From an uncultured Bacilli bacterium (GTDB taxonomy: Bacteria; Bacillota_I; Bacilli_A; RF39; UBA660), in NCBI GenBank assembly GCA_934096235.1, contig CAKOLO010000002.1, positions 301,919 through 365,918 on the forward strand: 64,000 bases of DNA. Direction: 5' to 3'. The translations under genes were made by a program, and so were the position numbers. The notes beneath the pieces are model-generated. The model was given only the letters and a program-made list of their open reading frames with translations. It did no database searches and was not told where the DNA came from. How positions within the stretch are numbered: position 1 is the stretch's first letter; each line of letters begins with the position of its first letter. This document shows, in pieces, positions 41,312 through 51,768 of this stretch.

Positions 41312-42373
41312 ATGAAAGAAAGATTAGAAATAATACAAGAAAGATATAATAATTTATGTGAAGAATTATTAAAACCAGAAGTTTATAATGATTATAAAAA
41401 GATGCAAACTATATCTAAAGAGAAGAATTCTATTGAACCTGTGGTAGAAGCTTATAAAAAGTATAATACTGTTTTAGATGATATAGAAGCAGCTAAAGAG
41501 ATGAGTAAAGATTCCGAAATGAAGGAATTTGCTTTAGAAGAAATAGATAATTTACATAAAGAGAAAGAAACATTAGAAAGTAAATTAAAGATTATGCTTT
41601 TACCTAAGGATCCTAATGATGAAAAGAATGTTATTATTGAGATTCGTGGTGCTGCTGGAGGAGATGAGGCTAATATTTTTGCTGGAGACTTATTTAGAAT
41701 GTATACTAAATATGCTGAAAAGCAAGGATGGAAGCTTGAAGTAACTCATGAAGTACCTGGTGAAAGTGGAGGATATTCTCAAATAGAATTTATGCTTAGT
41801 GGAGAAAGTGTTTATTCAAAACTTAAGTATGAAAGTGGTGCTCATAGAGTTCAAAGAGTACCTGAAACTGAATCTGCTGGAAGAGTACATACAAGTACAG
41901 CGACAGTATTAGTTATGCCAGAAGCAGAAGAAATAGATGTAGAAATTAAAGATAGTGATATTAGAATAGATATAACTCGTAGTAGTGGAGCTGGAGGCCA
42001 ATGTGTTAATACAACTGACTCTGCTGTTAGAGTTACACATATACCAACTGGTATAATAGTTTATTGCCAAGTAGAAAGAAGTCAAATAAAGAATAAAGAA
42101 AGAGCACTTCAAATATTAAAAACAAGACTTTATGATTTAAAACAAAGAGAGCAAGATGAAAAACTTGGTAATGAAAGAAGAAGTAAGATAGGTACAGGAG
42201 ATAGAGCTGAAAAGATAAGAACATATAATTATCCACAAAATAGACTTACTGATCATAGAATTAATTATACTGTAATGCATTTAGATAAGATTATGGAAGG
42301 TGACCTAGAAGACTTAATTAATGCATTAATTGCTGAAGATGAAAGAATGAGACTTGAAGAACATAATGATTAA
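41312..42373 (+). CDS. prfA: peptide chain release factor 1
   Basis: PxT-equivalent region and GGQ motif (SGAGGQCVNTTDSAVR). Confidence 0.95.
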   Translation: MKERLEIIQERYNNLCEELLKPEVYNDYKKMQTISKEKNSIEPVVEAYKKYNTVLDDIEAAKEMSKDSEMKEFALEEIDNLHKEKETLESKLKIMLLPKDPNDEKNVIIEIRGAAGGDEANIFAGDLFRMYTKYAEKQGWKLEVTHEVPGESGGYSQIEFMLSGESVYSKLKYESGAHRVQRVPETESAGRVHTSTATVLVMPEAEEIDVEIKDSDIRIDITRSSGAGGQCVNTTDSAVRVTHIPTGIIVYCQVERSQIKNKERALQILKTRLYDLKQREQDEKLGNERRSKIGTGDRAEKIRTYNYPQNRLTDHRINYTVMHLDKIMEGDLEDLINALIAEDERMRLEEHND

Positions 42374-43106
42374 TAAGTTAATGTCTTTAGGATTTAGTCG
42401 TCCCGAATGTGAAGAATTAATTAAAGTAAGTAAAGATATAGATGAAGATTATCAAAGATTACTAGAAGGCTATCCAATACAATATTTGATAGGGTATGTT
42501 AACTTTTATGGATATAAGATAAATGTTAATGAGAATGTATTAATACCTAGATATGAGACTGAATATTTAGTAGAGAAGACTATAAATTATTCAAAGAAAC
42601 TATTCAATAAAAAAGTTAATATTCTTGATTTAGGTACTGGCAGTGGAGCTATAAGTATTGCTTTAGGTAAAGAATTGGATTCTAATGTTACTGCTATTGA
42701 TATATCTAATAATGCTTTAGAAATGGCTAAGTTAAATGCTAAAGAAAATAACTTAGATATTAAGTTTATTCTAAGTGATATGTTAGATGATGTAATAGGT
42801 AAATATGATATAGTTATAAGTAATCCACCATATATAGATAATGAAGAGAAAATAATGGATTCAGTTAAGAAGTATGAGCCAAACATAGCATTATTTGCTA
42901 GTGATAATGGACTATACTTTTATAAAAAAATAATATCTAATATTAAACCATTTCTTAATGAAAAGTTTATTATTGCTTTTGAGATAGGATGGTGGCAAGG
43001 AAACCTTATAAAAGAAATAGCAAAAGAATATTTTAAAGATTCTAAAATAATAATAGAAAAAGATTTAACTAATAGGGATAGATATATCTTTATAATTAAT
43101 GAATAA
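42354..43106 (+). CDS. prmC: release factor glutamine N5-methyltransferase PrmC/HemK
   Basis: DLGTGSGAI SAM motif and NPPY; overlaps the prfA stop. Confidence 0.85.
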   Translation: MKNIMINKLMSLGFSRPECEELIKVSKDIDEDYQRLLEGYPIQYLIGYVNFYGYKINVNENVLIPRYETEYLVEKTINYSKKLFNKKVNILDLGTGSGAISIALGKELDSNVTAIDISNNALEMAKLNAKENNLDIKFILSDMLDDVIGKYDIVISNPPYIDNEEKIMDSVKKYEPNIALFASDNGLYFYKKIISNIKPFLNEKFIIAFEIGWWQGNLIKEIAKEYFKDSKIIIEKDLTNRDRYIFIINE

Positions 43107-43152
43107 AAATATATAAAACCAGCCAACATTAAATTGAAAGGTTGGTTTTTAA

Positions 43153-43656
43153 ATGAAAAAAATAATATGTGGTATACTTTTTGTAATAGTGATTATACTT
43201 GTGTCCAAGCCAAGGTATAATTTAAGTGGTGATATGGTTAGATTTAGAGTAATCGCTAATAGTAACTCATCTATCGATATATTAATAAAAGAAAAAGTTG
43301 TTAACGAGTTATCAACATTGTTATTTAAGGATTCAAACGATATTAACGAGACACGCAATAATGTAGTTAATAATTTAGATCAGGTAAATTCTAGTATAGA
43401 TAAAGTATTTAGTGAAAATAATTATAATTTAAAATATAAAGTTAGGTATGGCATGAACTATTTTCCTAGTAAAGAATATAATAATATTAAGTTTGAGGCA
43501 GGAGAATATGAGAGTTTAGTTATTGAAATAGGTGAGGCTAAAGGTAATAATTATTGGTGTATTTTATATCCACCTCTTTGTATGGTTGATTATGAAAATG
43601 ATGAAAAGATAGAATATAAATCTAAAATATATGAAGTATTATCTAAATGGTTCTAA
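43153..43656 (+). CDS. spoIIR: stage II sporulation protein R-like
   Basis: Signal peptide; VRFRVIANSNSSIDILIKEKV resembles the conserved SpoIIR block (RFHVIANSDS..Q.LKL.VRD). Confidence 0.5.
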   Translation: MKKIICGILFVIVIILVSKPRYNLSGDMVRFRVIANSNSSIDILIKEKVVNELSTLLFKDSNDINETRNNVVNNLDQVNSSIDKVFSENNYNLKYKVRYGMNYFPSKEYNNIKFEAGEYESLVIEIGEAKGNNYWCILYPPLCMVDYENDEKIEYKSKIYEVLSKWF

Positions 43657-43741
43657 ATGTAAACACTGCCTAAAAACTGTCTAATTCGTTGATAAAATCT
43701 ATTTTTAATAGTATATTATAAGTAGAAAGGCATTGGTGTTT

Positions 43742-44995
43742 ATGTCAAAGATAACTATAGAAGGTAACCATAGGTTATCAGGTGAAATTAAAATTAGCGG
43801 AGCAAAGAATAGTGCAGTTGCACTTATTCCTACTGCAATACTTGCTAAAACAAAGAGTGTTATATATAATGTACCAACTATAAGTGATATTGAATATTTA
43901 ATTAATATTTTGGAATTGCTTAATTGTAAAGTTGAACATAAAGATGATGCATTATATATAGATTCAACTAATCTTGTTAATAAACCTATACCTGAAGAAT
44001 TAAGTGTTCAAATGAGAGCATCATATTATTTTATGGGTGTATTGCTTGCTAAATTTGGTAGAGTTGAAATGTCTTTTCCTGGTGGATGTAATATAGGAGC
44101 AAGGCCAATTGATATTCATATAAAAGGATTTGAACAATTGGGTGCTAAAGTTGAAATAATTAAGAATAGATATATTATAACTGCTGATAAGTTGATAGGC
44201 AAAAGAATATATTTCGATTTTCCAAGTGTTGGGGCTACTATTAATGTTATGCTTGCGGCAGTAGGTGCTGAAGGAACTACTATAATAGATAATGCTGCGA
44301 TGGAACCGGAGATTGTAAATGTTGCATCTTTCTTAATAAATATGGGTGTTAAGATAAGAGGTGCAGGAACTAAACGTATTGAAATAGAGGGTACTAAGAA
44401 TTTAGACAATGGTGTTATAGAAGTTTTCCCTGATAGAATAGAAAGTGGCACTTATATAATTATAGGTGCATTGCTTGGAGATAATCTTAGAATTAAAGGT
44501 ATTATTAAAGAGCATATAGAAGCTCTTCTTATGAAACTTAAAGAAATAGGAGTAGAGTATTCAATAGATGCTGATGTTCTTACAATATCTAAATGTGAAC
44601 ATTTAAAACCAACATATATTAAAACATTAGTATTCCCTGGATTTCCTACTGATCTACAACAACCTATGACAACATTATTAACACAGGCTGAAGGAAAATC
44701 TATTGTAGAAGAAACACTATATGAAAATAGATTTAAAAATACATATGATCTTAATAGAATGGGTGCGATTACTAATATATTGAGTTTAAATAAAATAGAA
44801 ATTAAAGGTCCTCGTAAGCTTAAAGGTACTAAAGTAATAGCTACTGATTTAAGAGGTGGTGCATCATTATTGATAGCTGGTCTTATTGCAGATGGCGTCA
44901 CTGAAATAGAAAGTAGTGAGTATATTTTAAGAGGATATGGAGATGTAGAAAAGAAACTTTCAAATGTAGGTGCTAAAATAAAAGTAACTGAGTAA
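43742..44995 (+). CDS. murA: UDP-N-acetylglucosamine 1-carboxyvinyltransferase
   Basis: MSKITIEGN start; active-site Cys loop (PGGCNIGARPID); 418 aa. Confidence 0.9.
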   Translation: MSKITIEGNHRLSGEIKISGAKNSAVALIPTAILAKTKSVIYNVPTISDIEYLINILELLNCKVEHKDDALYIDSTNLVNKPIPEELSVQMRASYYFMGVLLAKFGRVEMSFPGGCNIGARPIDIHIKGFEQLGAKVEIIKNRYIITADKLIGKRIYFDFPSVGATINVMLAAVGAEGTTIIDNAAMEPEIVNVASFLINMGVKIRGAGTKRIEIEGTKNLDNGVIEVFPDRIESGTYIIIGALLGDNLRIKGIIKEHIEALLMKLKEIGVEYSIDADVLTISKCEHLKPTYIKTLVFPGFPTDLQQPMTTLLTQAEGKSIVEETLYENRFKNTYDLNRMGAITNILSLNKIEIKGPRKLKGTKVIATDLRGGASLLIAGLIADGVTEIESSEYILRGYGDVEKKLSNVGAKIKVTE

Positions 44996-45016
44996 TATTT
45001 ATTAGGTGATTAATTC

Positions 45017-45628
45017 ATGAAAAAAAATAAATTACTAGTTATTTTTTTCTTGTCTTGTATTTTCTCATATATAATTTATAACTATACTATGGAAAATAGA
45101 ATTAATATTTTAATACTCGGAGATAATTATTTAATTAATAGTAATTATAAAACTTATGATAAATATTTACTTGATAAATATTATAATCTTAATAATTTAA
45201 ACAAGTTATTCACATCTGAAAATATTACTTATAAAGATATTATAAAAAATATTAAAGATAATTATTATGTGTATTCAAAAGATAAAAAAGTATATTTAAA
45301 TCCATTAATAGCTAGTGCTGATATAATAATAGTGAATGCTAATAATGAAAAATATTTCGAAAAATGTAATAAGAGTGAAAGTATTATAAAAACATATTAT
45401 GAAGATATATCTAATGATATAAATGATTTAAAAAATATTATTAAGAAGATAAGTCCTGCTATGGTTATAGTTATTTCTAACTATTGTTATAATCAAAATT
45501 ATAAATTAAATGATGGTGATATTAATTTAAATCAAATATATTATAAATATCAAAATTCTAAAAGTAAAAGATTAAATGATAAAGTTAATTATCAAATATA
45601 TAATAAAATAGTTGAATTTGTAAGTTAA
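45017..45628 (+). CDS. hypothetical membrane-anchored protein
   Basis: N-terminal TM; N/Y/K-rich; no recognised domain. Confidence 0.35.
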   Translation: MKKNKLLVIFFLSCIFSYIIYNYTMENRINILILGDNYLINSNYKTYDKYLLDKYYNLNNLNKLFTSENITYKDIIKNIKDNYYVYSKDKKVYLNPLIASADIIIVNANNEKYFEKCNKSESIIKTYYEDISNDINDLKNIIKKISPAMVIVISNYCYNQNYKLNDGDINLNQIYYKYQNSKSKRLNDKVNYQIYNKIVEFVS

Positions 45629-45738
45629 GTACTTGTTAATTTTATAATTTTTACTTGATTTTGTAAAAAAAACAATGTATAATACTCACTGAAGTTATTT
45701 CTATAACTGTTAATTAGTTATGGCGAGGAGGATAAAAT

Positions 45739-45939
45739 ATGAAAAAGGGAATACATCCAGTACAAAAAGTATGTAAAGTTAAATGTGCTTGTGGAAATGA
45801 ATTTGAAGTTAAATCAACTAAAGATGAAATTCAATTAGAATCTTGTAATAAATGTCATTCATTCTATACAGGTAAATTTAAAACTGTTAAGACTGGAAAT
45901 GTACAAAAATTCAAAGATAAATATGGAATCACTGATTAA
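45739..45939 (+). CDS. rpmE: 50S ribosomal protein L31
   Basis: MKKGIHP start; CxC...CxxCH zinc motif. Confidence 0.9.
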   Translation: MKKGIHPVQKVCKVKCACGNEFEVKSTKDEIQLESCNKCHSFYTGKFKTVKTGNVQKFKDKYGITD

Positions 45940-45956
45940 TAGTGATTTTTTATTAG

Positions 45957-46232
45957 GTGAAAAGTATGAATATAAATGGACAAGAAGTAAATATAAATGA
46001 CTTATATGATAAGAAATATATGCATAAAGAAATAAAAAAAGGTATATACTTATCTGAATATCAAATAGAAGTACTTAATAGATATGGAATAGATCCTATG
46101 AAGTGTGGTTCTATAAATGATATTATGTTTCTCATAGATGAAGTACTTGAAGATGATGCGGATGCTGATGATCTAGATAATATATCTAGAGAAATAAGTG
46201 AGTTTAATTATTATGCGAATACTAACAAGTAA
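45957..46232 (+). CDS. hypothetical small acidic protein
   Basis: ORF only. Confidence 0.3.
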   Translation: MKSMNINGQEVNINDLYDKKYMHKEIKKGIYLSEYQIEVLNRYGIDPMKCGSINDIMFLIDEVLEDDADADDLDNISREISEFNYYANTNK

Positions 46233-46267
46233 TTGAAAAATTACTTGTTTTTTGATATCATATTACT

Positions 46268-47059
46268 ATGAATAATAAGAATATAATATATATAATTGGT
46301 GTCTTTATAATAGGTATAATATTAACTTTATTATATATTTTTAAATATGATAAAATTAGTGATAATATACTAGATAAAAATTGGTATAGATATAATTATA
46401 TAAATGGATATTATGATGTGTTTAATATAAATGAATATAAAATATCATATTATAGGCCTAGTAGTGAAAACTTTACTAATCAATATGATAAATGCAGTAA
46501 TTATAGATATAATAAAAAAAATAAAACTATAATACTAGATTGCAATAAGGAAATAGTAATAAAAAGTAGTGTTAATAATAAATTAACATTATTAATAGAT
46601 AATGAAGAAAATGTATTTTTTAATAATATAGATGATTCTTTAAATTATGAATTTAATAAGTTTTATGGAAAAAGTATGTCAGAATATAAGAAATCAGAGA
46701 GTCAAGTTGTTGATTCTATAAAATTACCTATTAGTAGTTTGATGAATATTATAAAAGAAAAAGAAGATGCTAAAATAATATTTATGGGTAATAAATGTAG
46801 TAGTGTTGACTGTTTAACTTCTTATGATGTTATTGAAAAATGGTTAAGTGTATCTACCAATACATATTTTATTAATAGTGATGAACTAAGCAATAATGTA
46901 ACTTTATTATTAAATAAAATAAATAAAAATTTTTCAAAAGATTTGAACTTTTATAATGATGCTTATCCTAGAGTAATGATAACTAATGGAGGGAATATAA
47001 TTGATTCATACTTAATTAAATGTCATGGTTTTAACTGTAGTTCTTTCTATAATAAATAA
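46268..47059 (+). CDS. hypothetical membrane-anchored, Cys-containing protein
   Basis: N-terminal TM; no recognised domain. Confidence 0.35.
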   Translation: MNNKNIIYIIGVFIIGIILTLLYIFKYDKISDNILDKNWYRYNYINGYYDVFNINEYKISYYRPSSENFTNQYDKCSNYRYNKKNKTIILDCNKEIVIKSSVNNKLTLLIDNEENVFFNNIDDSLNYEFNKFYGKSMSEYKKSESQVVDSIKLPISSLMNIIKEKEDAKIIFMGNKCSSVDCLTSYDVIEKWLSVSTNTYFINSDELSNNVTLLLNKINKNFSKDLNFYNDAYPRVMITNGGNIIDSYLIKCHGFNCSSFYNK

Positions 47060-47134
47060 TTTTAATAATATACATAAAGTTTTCACAAATATTTCATAAT
47101 ATGATATTATATTAAATACCAGAGGTGAAGAGTA

Positions 47135-47791
47135 GTGAAAGTACTAATTGTAGATGATGAAAAACTTATAAGAGATGTTATTAAAGAATATTGTATTGGT
47201 AATAAATATGATGTATTAGAAGCTGAAAATGGTGTAGAAGCAATTGATAAAGCTAAGGATGCGGATATTATTATTTTAGATATTATGATGCCTAAGATGG
47301 ATGGATTTAGTGCATATAAAGTAATTAAAGAAAGATATAATACACCTACTATTATGTTATCAGCTAGAGGTGAAGAGTATGATAAATTAGCAGGTTTTGA
47401 TTTAGGAATAGATGATTATATGACTAAACCATTTAGTCCTAAGGAATTAATGGCTAGAATAAATGCAGTAATTAAAAGATATAAGGGTGAAGATGATTTC
47501 TATGTATATAAGAATCTCAAAGTAGATTTTTTAGGTCATGCAGCATATATAAATGGAAAAGAATTATTGTTAACACCTAAAGAGTATGATTTGCTTGTAT
47601 ATTTTATAAATAATAAAGGTATTGCTTTATCTCGTGAACAATTACTTAATAATATATGGAATTATGATTATTTAGGAAATGATAGAACGATAGATACACA
47701 TATTAAGATGCTTAGAAATAATTTAGGAGAATATAGAGATTTAATTACCACTGTAAGAGGAATGGGGTATAAATTTGATGATAAAGAATAG
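47135..47791 (+). CDS. OmpR-family response regulator
   Basis: Receiver domain (VLIVDDE, D at ILDIMMPKMDG) plus winged-helix trans_reg_C (GMGYKF). Confidence 0.85.
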   Translation: MKVLIVDDEKLIRDVIKEYCIGNKYDVLEAENGVEAIDKAKDADIIILDIMMPKMDGFSAYKVIKERYNTPTIMLSARGEEYDKLAGFDLGIDDYMTKPFSPKELMARINAVIKRYKGEDDFYVYKNLKVDFLGHAAYINGKELLLTPKEYDLLVYFINNKGIALSREQLLNNIWNYDYLGNDRTIDTHIKMLRNNLGEYRDLITTVRGMGYKFDDKE

Positions 47792-49169
47792 TAAGATTAA
47801 ACATATAGTACTTGGGTGCTTAGTAGCATTTTCATGTTTCATATTACTATTTCTTTTTTTGATGCAGATAGTATTTTTAAATAAGTATTATGAAGTATAT
47901 AAAAAGAATCAATTAAATGATATAGTTAATTCTATTAAGTCTAATGACTCTATGGATGTACATACTCTTGAAGATATAGCATATAATTATGGAATTTGTG
48001 TATCAATATATTCAAATGGGATAATACAAACAATATCAAATACATATAATAAAGGCTGTTTATTTAGTGATAAAACTAGTAGTGATAATTATATAACTTC
48101 TTTTGTAGAAAGTGGGAATACTGAAGATACAAGACTTCTTTATAATAAAAGATTTGGTAATAAAACTATAATTAAAGCATTAAAATATAATGATGAAGTA
48201 TATATATTTTTAAATACTTCTATTCAACCATTGGATTCTTCTATAATTCTTTTAAAGAGCCAATATGGATATATAGCGCTTATAATATTTGGTATATCTT
48301 TAATAATAAGTTATGTTATATCTAGTCAAATATCTAGACCTATTGTTAAAATAAGTGATTCTGCTAAAAAACTTGCAAATGGAGATTTCAATGTATCCTT
48401 CTCAACTGATAGTAAAGTACAAGAAATTAAAGAATTATCAACTACGTTAGACTTAGCTAAAAATGAGCTTTCTAAAACAGATGAATTAAGAAGAGATTTA
48501 ATGGCAAATGTTGGTCATGATCTTAGAACACCGCTTACTATGATAAAAGCATATGCTGAAATGACGAGAGATTTAGAAAGTCAAACTCCTGAAAAAAGAT
48601 CAGAAAATATGAATATTATAATAGAAGAAACTGATAGATTAAATGTTTTAGTAAGTGATATTCTTGATTTATCTAAGTTACAATCTAGTACTTATGAACT
48701 TAAAATAGAAGAGTTTGATCTTAATGAATTAATTAGAAATATTATTAAGAGATTTTATATTCTTATTGATAGTGATGGTTATGAGTTTATATATAATAAT
48801 GATAAAGAAATAATGGTTAAGGCTGATAAGAAGAGAATTGAACAAGTTATATATAATTTACTTAATAATGCGGTTAATTATACTGGTGAAGATAAAAAAA
48901 TATATATAAATGTTATTGATGAAAAGAAGAAAGTTTTAGTTGAAATTAGAGATACTGGTAAAGGTATAGATAAGGATGAAATTAAGTATATATGGAACAA
49001 ATATTATCATAATGAAAGGAAACATAAGAGAAATGCTTTTGGTACTGGTTTAGGGCTTTCTATAGTGAAAACTATACTTGAGAGTCATAATTATAAGTAT
49101 GGTGTTAAAAGCGTTAAAAATAAGGGTACTACATTCTATTTTGAAATTGATAAGAAAAATATGTTATAA
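47775..49169 (+). CDS. sensor histidine kinase
   Basis: Two TM segments, HAMP, H-box (VGHDLRTPLT), N/G1/G2 boxes (LLNNAVNYT, DTGKGI, GTGLGLSIV). Confidence 0.85.
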   Translation: MMIKNSKIKHIVLGCLVAFSCFILLFLFLMQIVFLNKYYEVYKKNQLNDIVNSIKSNDSMDVHTLEDIAYNYGICVSIYSNGIIQTISNTYNKGCLFSDKTSSDNYITSFVESGNTEDTRLLYNKRFGNKTIIKALKYNDEVYIFLNTSIQPLDSSIILLKSQYGYIALIIFGISLIISYVISSQISRPIVKISDSAKKLANGDFNVSFSTDSKVQEIKELSTTLDLAKNELSKTDELRRDLMANVGHDLRTPLTMIKAYAEMTRDLESQTPEKRSENMNIIIEETDRLNVLVSDILDLSKLQSSTYELKIEEFDLNELIRNIIKRFYILIDSDGYEFIYNNDKEIMVKADKKRIEQVIYNLLNNAVNYTGEDKKIYINVIDEKKKVLVEIRDTGKGIDKDEIKYIWNKYYHNERKHKRNAFGTGLGLSIVKTILESHNYKYGVKSVKNKGTTFYFEIDKKNML

Positions 49170-49199
49170 TGTTTTTGAAAAAGATGTAAAGGAGATAAT

Positions 49200-50720
49200 A
49201 TGGCAAAATATATATGTGCTAAATGTGGTTATATAGTTGAGACTGAAAAGTTGTCTAATGACTATACTTGCCCAATGTGTGGGGGTTTTAAAGATGACTT
49301 CAAGTTAGTAACTAATGATATATTTGATCAAGATGATTTAGATTCTGTTATAGATTCTGTAGTTGAAGAAGCATTAGAACTTAAAATAAGTAAAATTGTT
49401 AATGATACAGTTGAAGATAAGAAAGTTAGAATAAGTCAATATAATCCTGCAATTGTTAGAATACCGGAGAAATGTATTAATTGTGGTCAATGTAAAAAAA
49501 CTTGTGAAAAGGTAGTAAATCTTTCTTATGATTTAAATGTATGTAAAAATCCTATATGTTTAGGATGTGGTCAATGTATATTGAATTGTCCTACTGGTGC
49601 CATTGTACCAAAATATTGTTATAAAGAGGTTAAAGAAATAATTAATACTAATGAGAAGGTTGTTGTTGCTATGATAGCTCCTGCAGTGAGAGTTTCAATG
49701 GGTGAAAATTTTGGTATGGCTCCTGGTGATAATGTTGAAGGAAAACTTGTTACGGCTCTTAAAAAAGTAGGATTTGATTATGTTTTTGATACTGCATTTG
49801 GTGCTGATTTAACTATTATGGAGGAGGTTGCTGAATTTGCTGCTAGACTTACTAATAAGGGACCAATGCCTCAATTTACTAGTTGCTGTCCTGCTTGGGT
49901 TAAATATGCTGAAGTGTATCATCCAGAATTATTAGATAATCTATCTACTTGTAAGAGTCCAATTGGTATGCAATGTGCAATTATAAAAGAGTTTTTTTCT
50001 AAAGAAAAGAATATTGACCCATCAAAAATAATTACCGTGGCTATTACACCTTGTACTTCTAAAAAGATGGAAGCAAGGGAATATACAATAAATATAGATT
50101 ATGTTATGACTGCAAGTGAATTATCTATTTTACTTAAAGAAGAGGATTTAAATTTAAATAGTTTGAATGATAGTGAATATGATAAACTTTTAGGAGAAGG
50201 TAGTGGTGCAGGAGTAATATTTGGTAATTCTGGTGGAGTTACTGAATCTGTTATTCGTACTCTTTATAGAATAATGACTAAAACTAATTTAAAGAAGGAT
50301 CAATTAGTTTTTAATGATTTAAGAGGCTTTGATGGAATAAAAGAAGCAACTATAGAAATACACAATTATAAGCTTAAAGTGGCGGTTGTACAACAACTTG
50401 AAAATCTTGAAGAGTTATTAAAAGATGATAGATATAAAAAGTATCACTTTATAGAAGTAATGAATTGTAAAGGTGGATGTATTGGTGGTGGTGGACAACC
50501 TTTATGCCAAATAACTCAATTAGATAAAATAAGGGAGCAAAGATCTAAAGGATTATATAATATAGACTCTAAAAGAGCAGTAAGATTTGCTCATGATAAT
50601 AAAGAATTAAAATTATTATATAAAAACTATTTAAAAAAACCACTTAGTGAAGAGAGTTTTAAACTATTACATACTTCGTATAGTGATAAGAGCTATTTAT
50701 TAAGGGGTGAAGAAAAATAA
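49200..50720 (+). CDS. [FeFe]-hydrogenase catalytic subunit with N-terminal rubredoxin-like domain
   Basis: H-cluster motifs L1 FTSCCPAW, L2 ITPCTSKKME, L3 EVMNCKGGCIGGGGQP; two 4Fe-4S ferredoxin CxxCxxCxxxC motifs; N-terminal CAKCGY...CPMCGG rubredoxin-type knuckles. Confidence 0.8.
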   Translation: MAKYICAKCGYIVETEKLSNDYTCPMCGGFKDDFKLVTNDIFDQDDLDSVIDSVVEEALELKISKIVNDTVEDKKVRISQYNPAIVRIPEKCINCGQCKKTCEKVVNLSYDLNVCKNPICLGCGQCILNCPTGAIVPKYCYKEVKEIINTNEKVVVAMIAPAVRVSMGENFGMAPGDNVEGKLVTALKKVGFDYVFDTAFGADLTIMEEVAEFAARLTNKGPMPQFTSCCPAWVKYAEVYHPELLDNLSTCKSPIGMQCAIIKEFFSKEKNIDPSKIITVAITPCTSKKMEAREYTINIDYVMTASELSILLKEEDLNLNSLNDSEYDKLLGEGSGAGVIFGNSGGVTESVIRTLYRIMTKTNLKKDQLVFNDLRGFDGIKEATIEIHNYKLKVAVVQQLENLEELLKDDRYKKYHFIEVMNCKGGCIGGGGQPLCQITQLDKIREQRSKGLYNIDSKRAVRFAHDNKELKLLYKNYLKKPLSEESFKLLHTSYSDKSYLLRGEEK

Positions 50721-51306
50721 TTGTTTAATTACAATTATTTTTATTTTTTTAATAAAATATATTGACACATTATAAATTATTTGATAATATATATTTGTCC
50801 AATAGATAATTAAATGTTATATCTATTATATAATGATTTATTTAAGTTTAATTATTTTTATAAACTTATATAATAATATAAATGGTTTAATTATATTAGT
50901 GAAAAAGTCTATAAATTTTTTACTTATTTATATTGGATATAATAATATTATTTTTCAATTATATGTTCTTAATTAGTATTAATTTACTAACTTAATTATG
51001 TATCTATCTTATTAATAATATCTTATATCAAAATAATATAAATAATAAAAATATCTTATTAATTTAAGAAATAGATGTCTTATCTACTAAGGACAAATGT
51101 TATAACGTTGAGAAAGTAAAACTCAAAATGATAAGAAATTATGCTAAATACTGATAATATTTAGAAGTATTTATATTAATTTAAATATTAATATAAATGA
51201 TTCATAATTTATTTTCGGAAACTCGAAACAATCTTGTTTTATCAGAACGGGTTGTTTTTTGTTTGTTTAAGAATGTGAAAAGTGATATTATAATTATGGT
51301 GAATAT

Positions 51307-51693
51307 ATGAAGCATATTAAGAAGTATTTAAGATTTTATATAATGTTTGGTGTTACTGCTTTAATTTCAATTTATTTAGTATTTTGGGGACCTAGTTCTA
51401 AGTATTTAGCAGTATATAAAGATAATATGACTATAGAGTATGATATGAATTCTAAAGAAGGGTATTCTTGGAGTTATGAGTCTAGTAATGATAATATTAA
51501 ACTTTCTAGTAATGAAGATGATAAATGGGTCTTTGAACCTAATAAAAATGGTAATACAACCTTAACTTTTTATTATAAGAATGGTGAAAATACATTATAC
51601 AAGATAATATATGGTATTAAAGTTTTAGGTAATAAAATCATTTGGACTAAAGGAGAAGGTATTGGCCTTACTAGCTATCCTAATCCTTATTAA
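51307..51693 (+). CDS. small membrane-anchored/secreted protein, possibly chagasin-like (I42) protease inhibitor
   Basis: N-terminal TM/signal; EGYSWSY and GNTTLTFYYKNG resemble the NPTTGYxW / G..L.F.Y pattern of the I42 family (tentative). Confidence 0.35.
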   Translation: MKHIKKYLRFYIMFGVTALISIYLVFWGPSSKYLAVYKDNMTIEYDMNSKEGYSWSYESSNDNIKLSSNEDDKWVFEPNKNGNTTLTFYYKNGENTLYKIIYGIKVLGNKIIWTKGEGIGLTSYPNPY

Positions 51694-51768
51694 AATATAC
51701 ATATTAATTTAAATATATGTATATTTTTTATTGATTTTGTGATAAGATATATTTAAGGAGTGTAAAGT

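Noticed and set aside
43733-43741. murA start at 43733 (MVFMSK)
   Set aside because: Conserved MurA N-termini begin MxKIxIxG. The ATG at 43742 (MSKITIEG) is preceded by a better-spaced purine-rich RBS, so the feature is called from 43742.
50721-51306. Riboswitch or small RNA in the 586-bp AT-rich gap (for example the hairpin-like element at 51216-51260)
   Set aside because: Only weak, short stem potential (AACAA..TTGTT) in nearly pure A/T sequence, and no match to any riboswitch core I can recall. It is treated as a promoter/UP-element-rich spacer of the islet.
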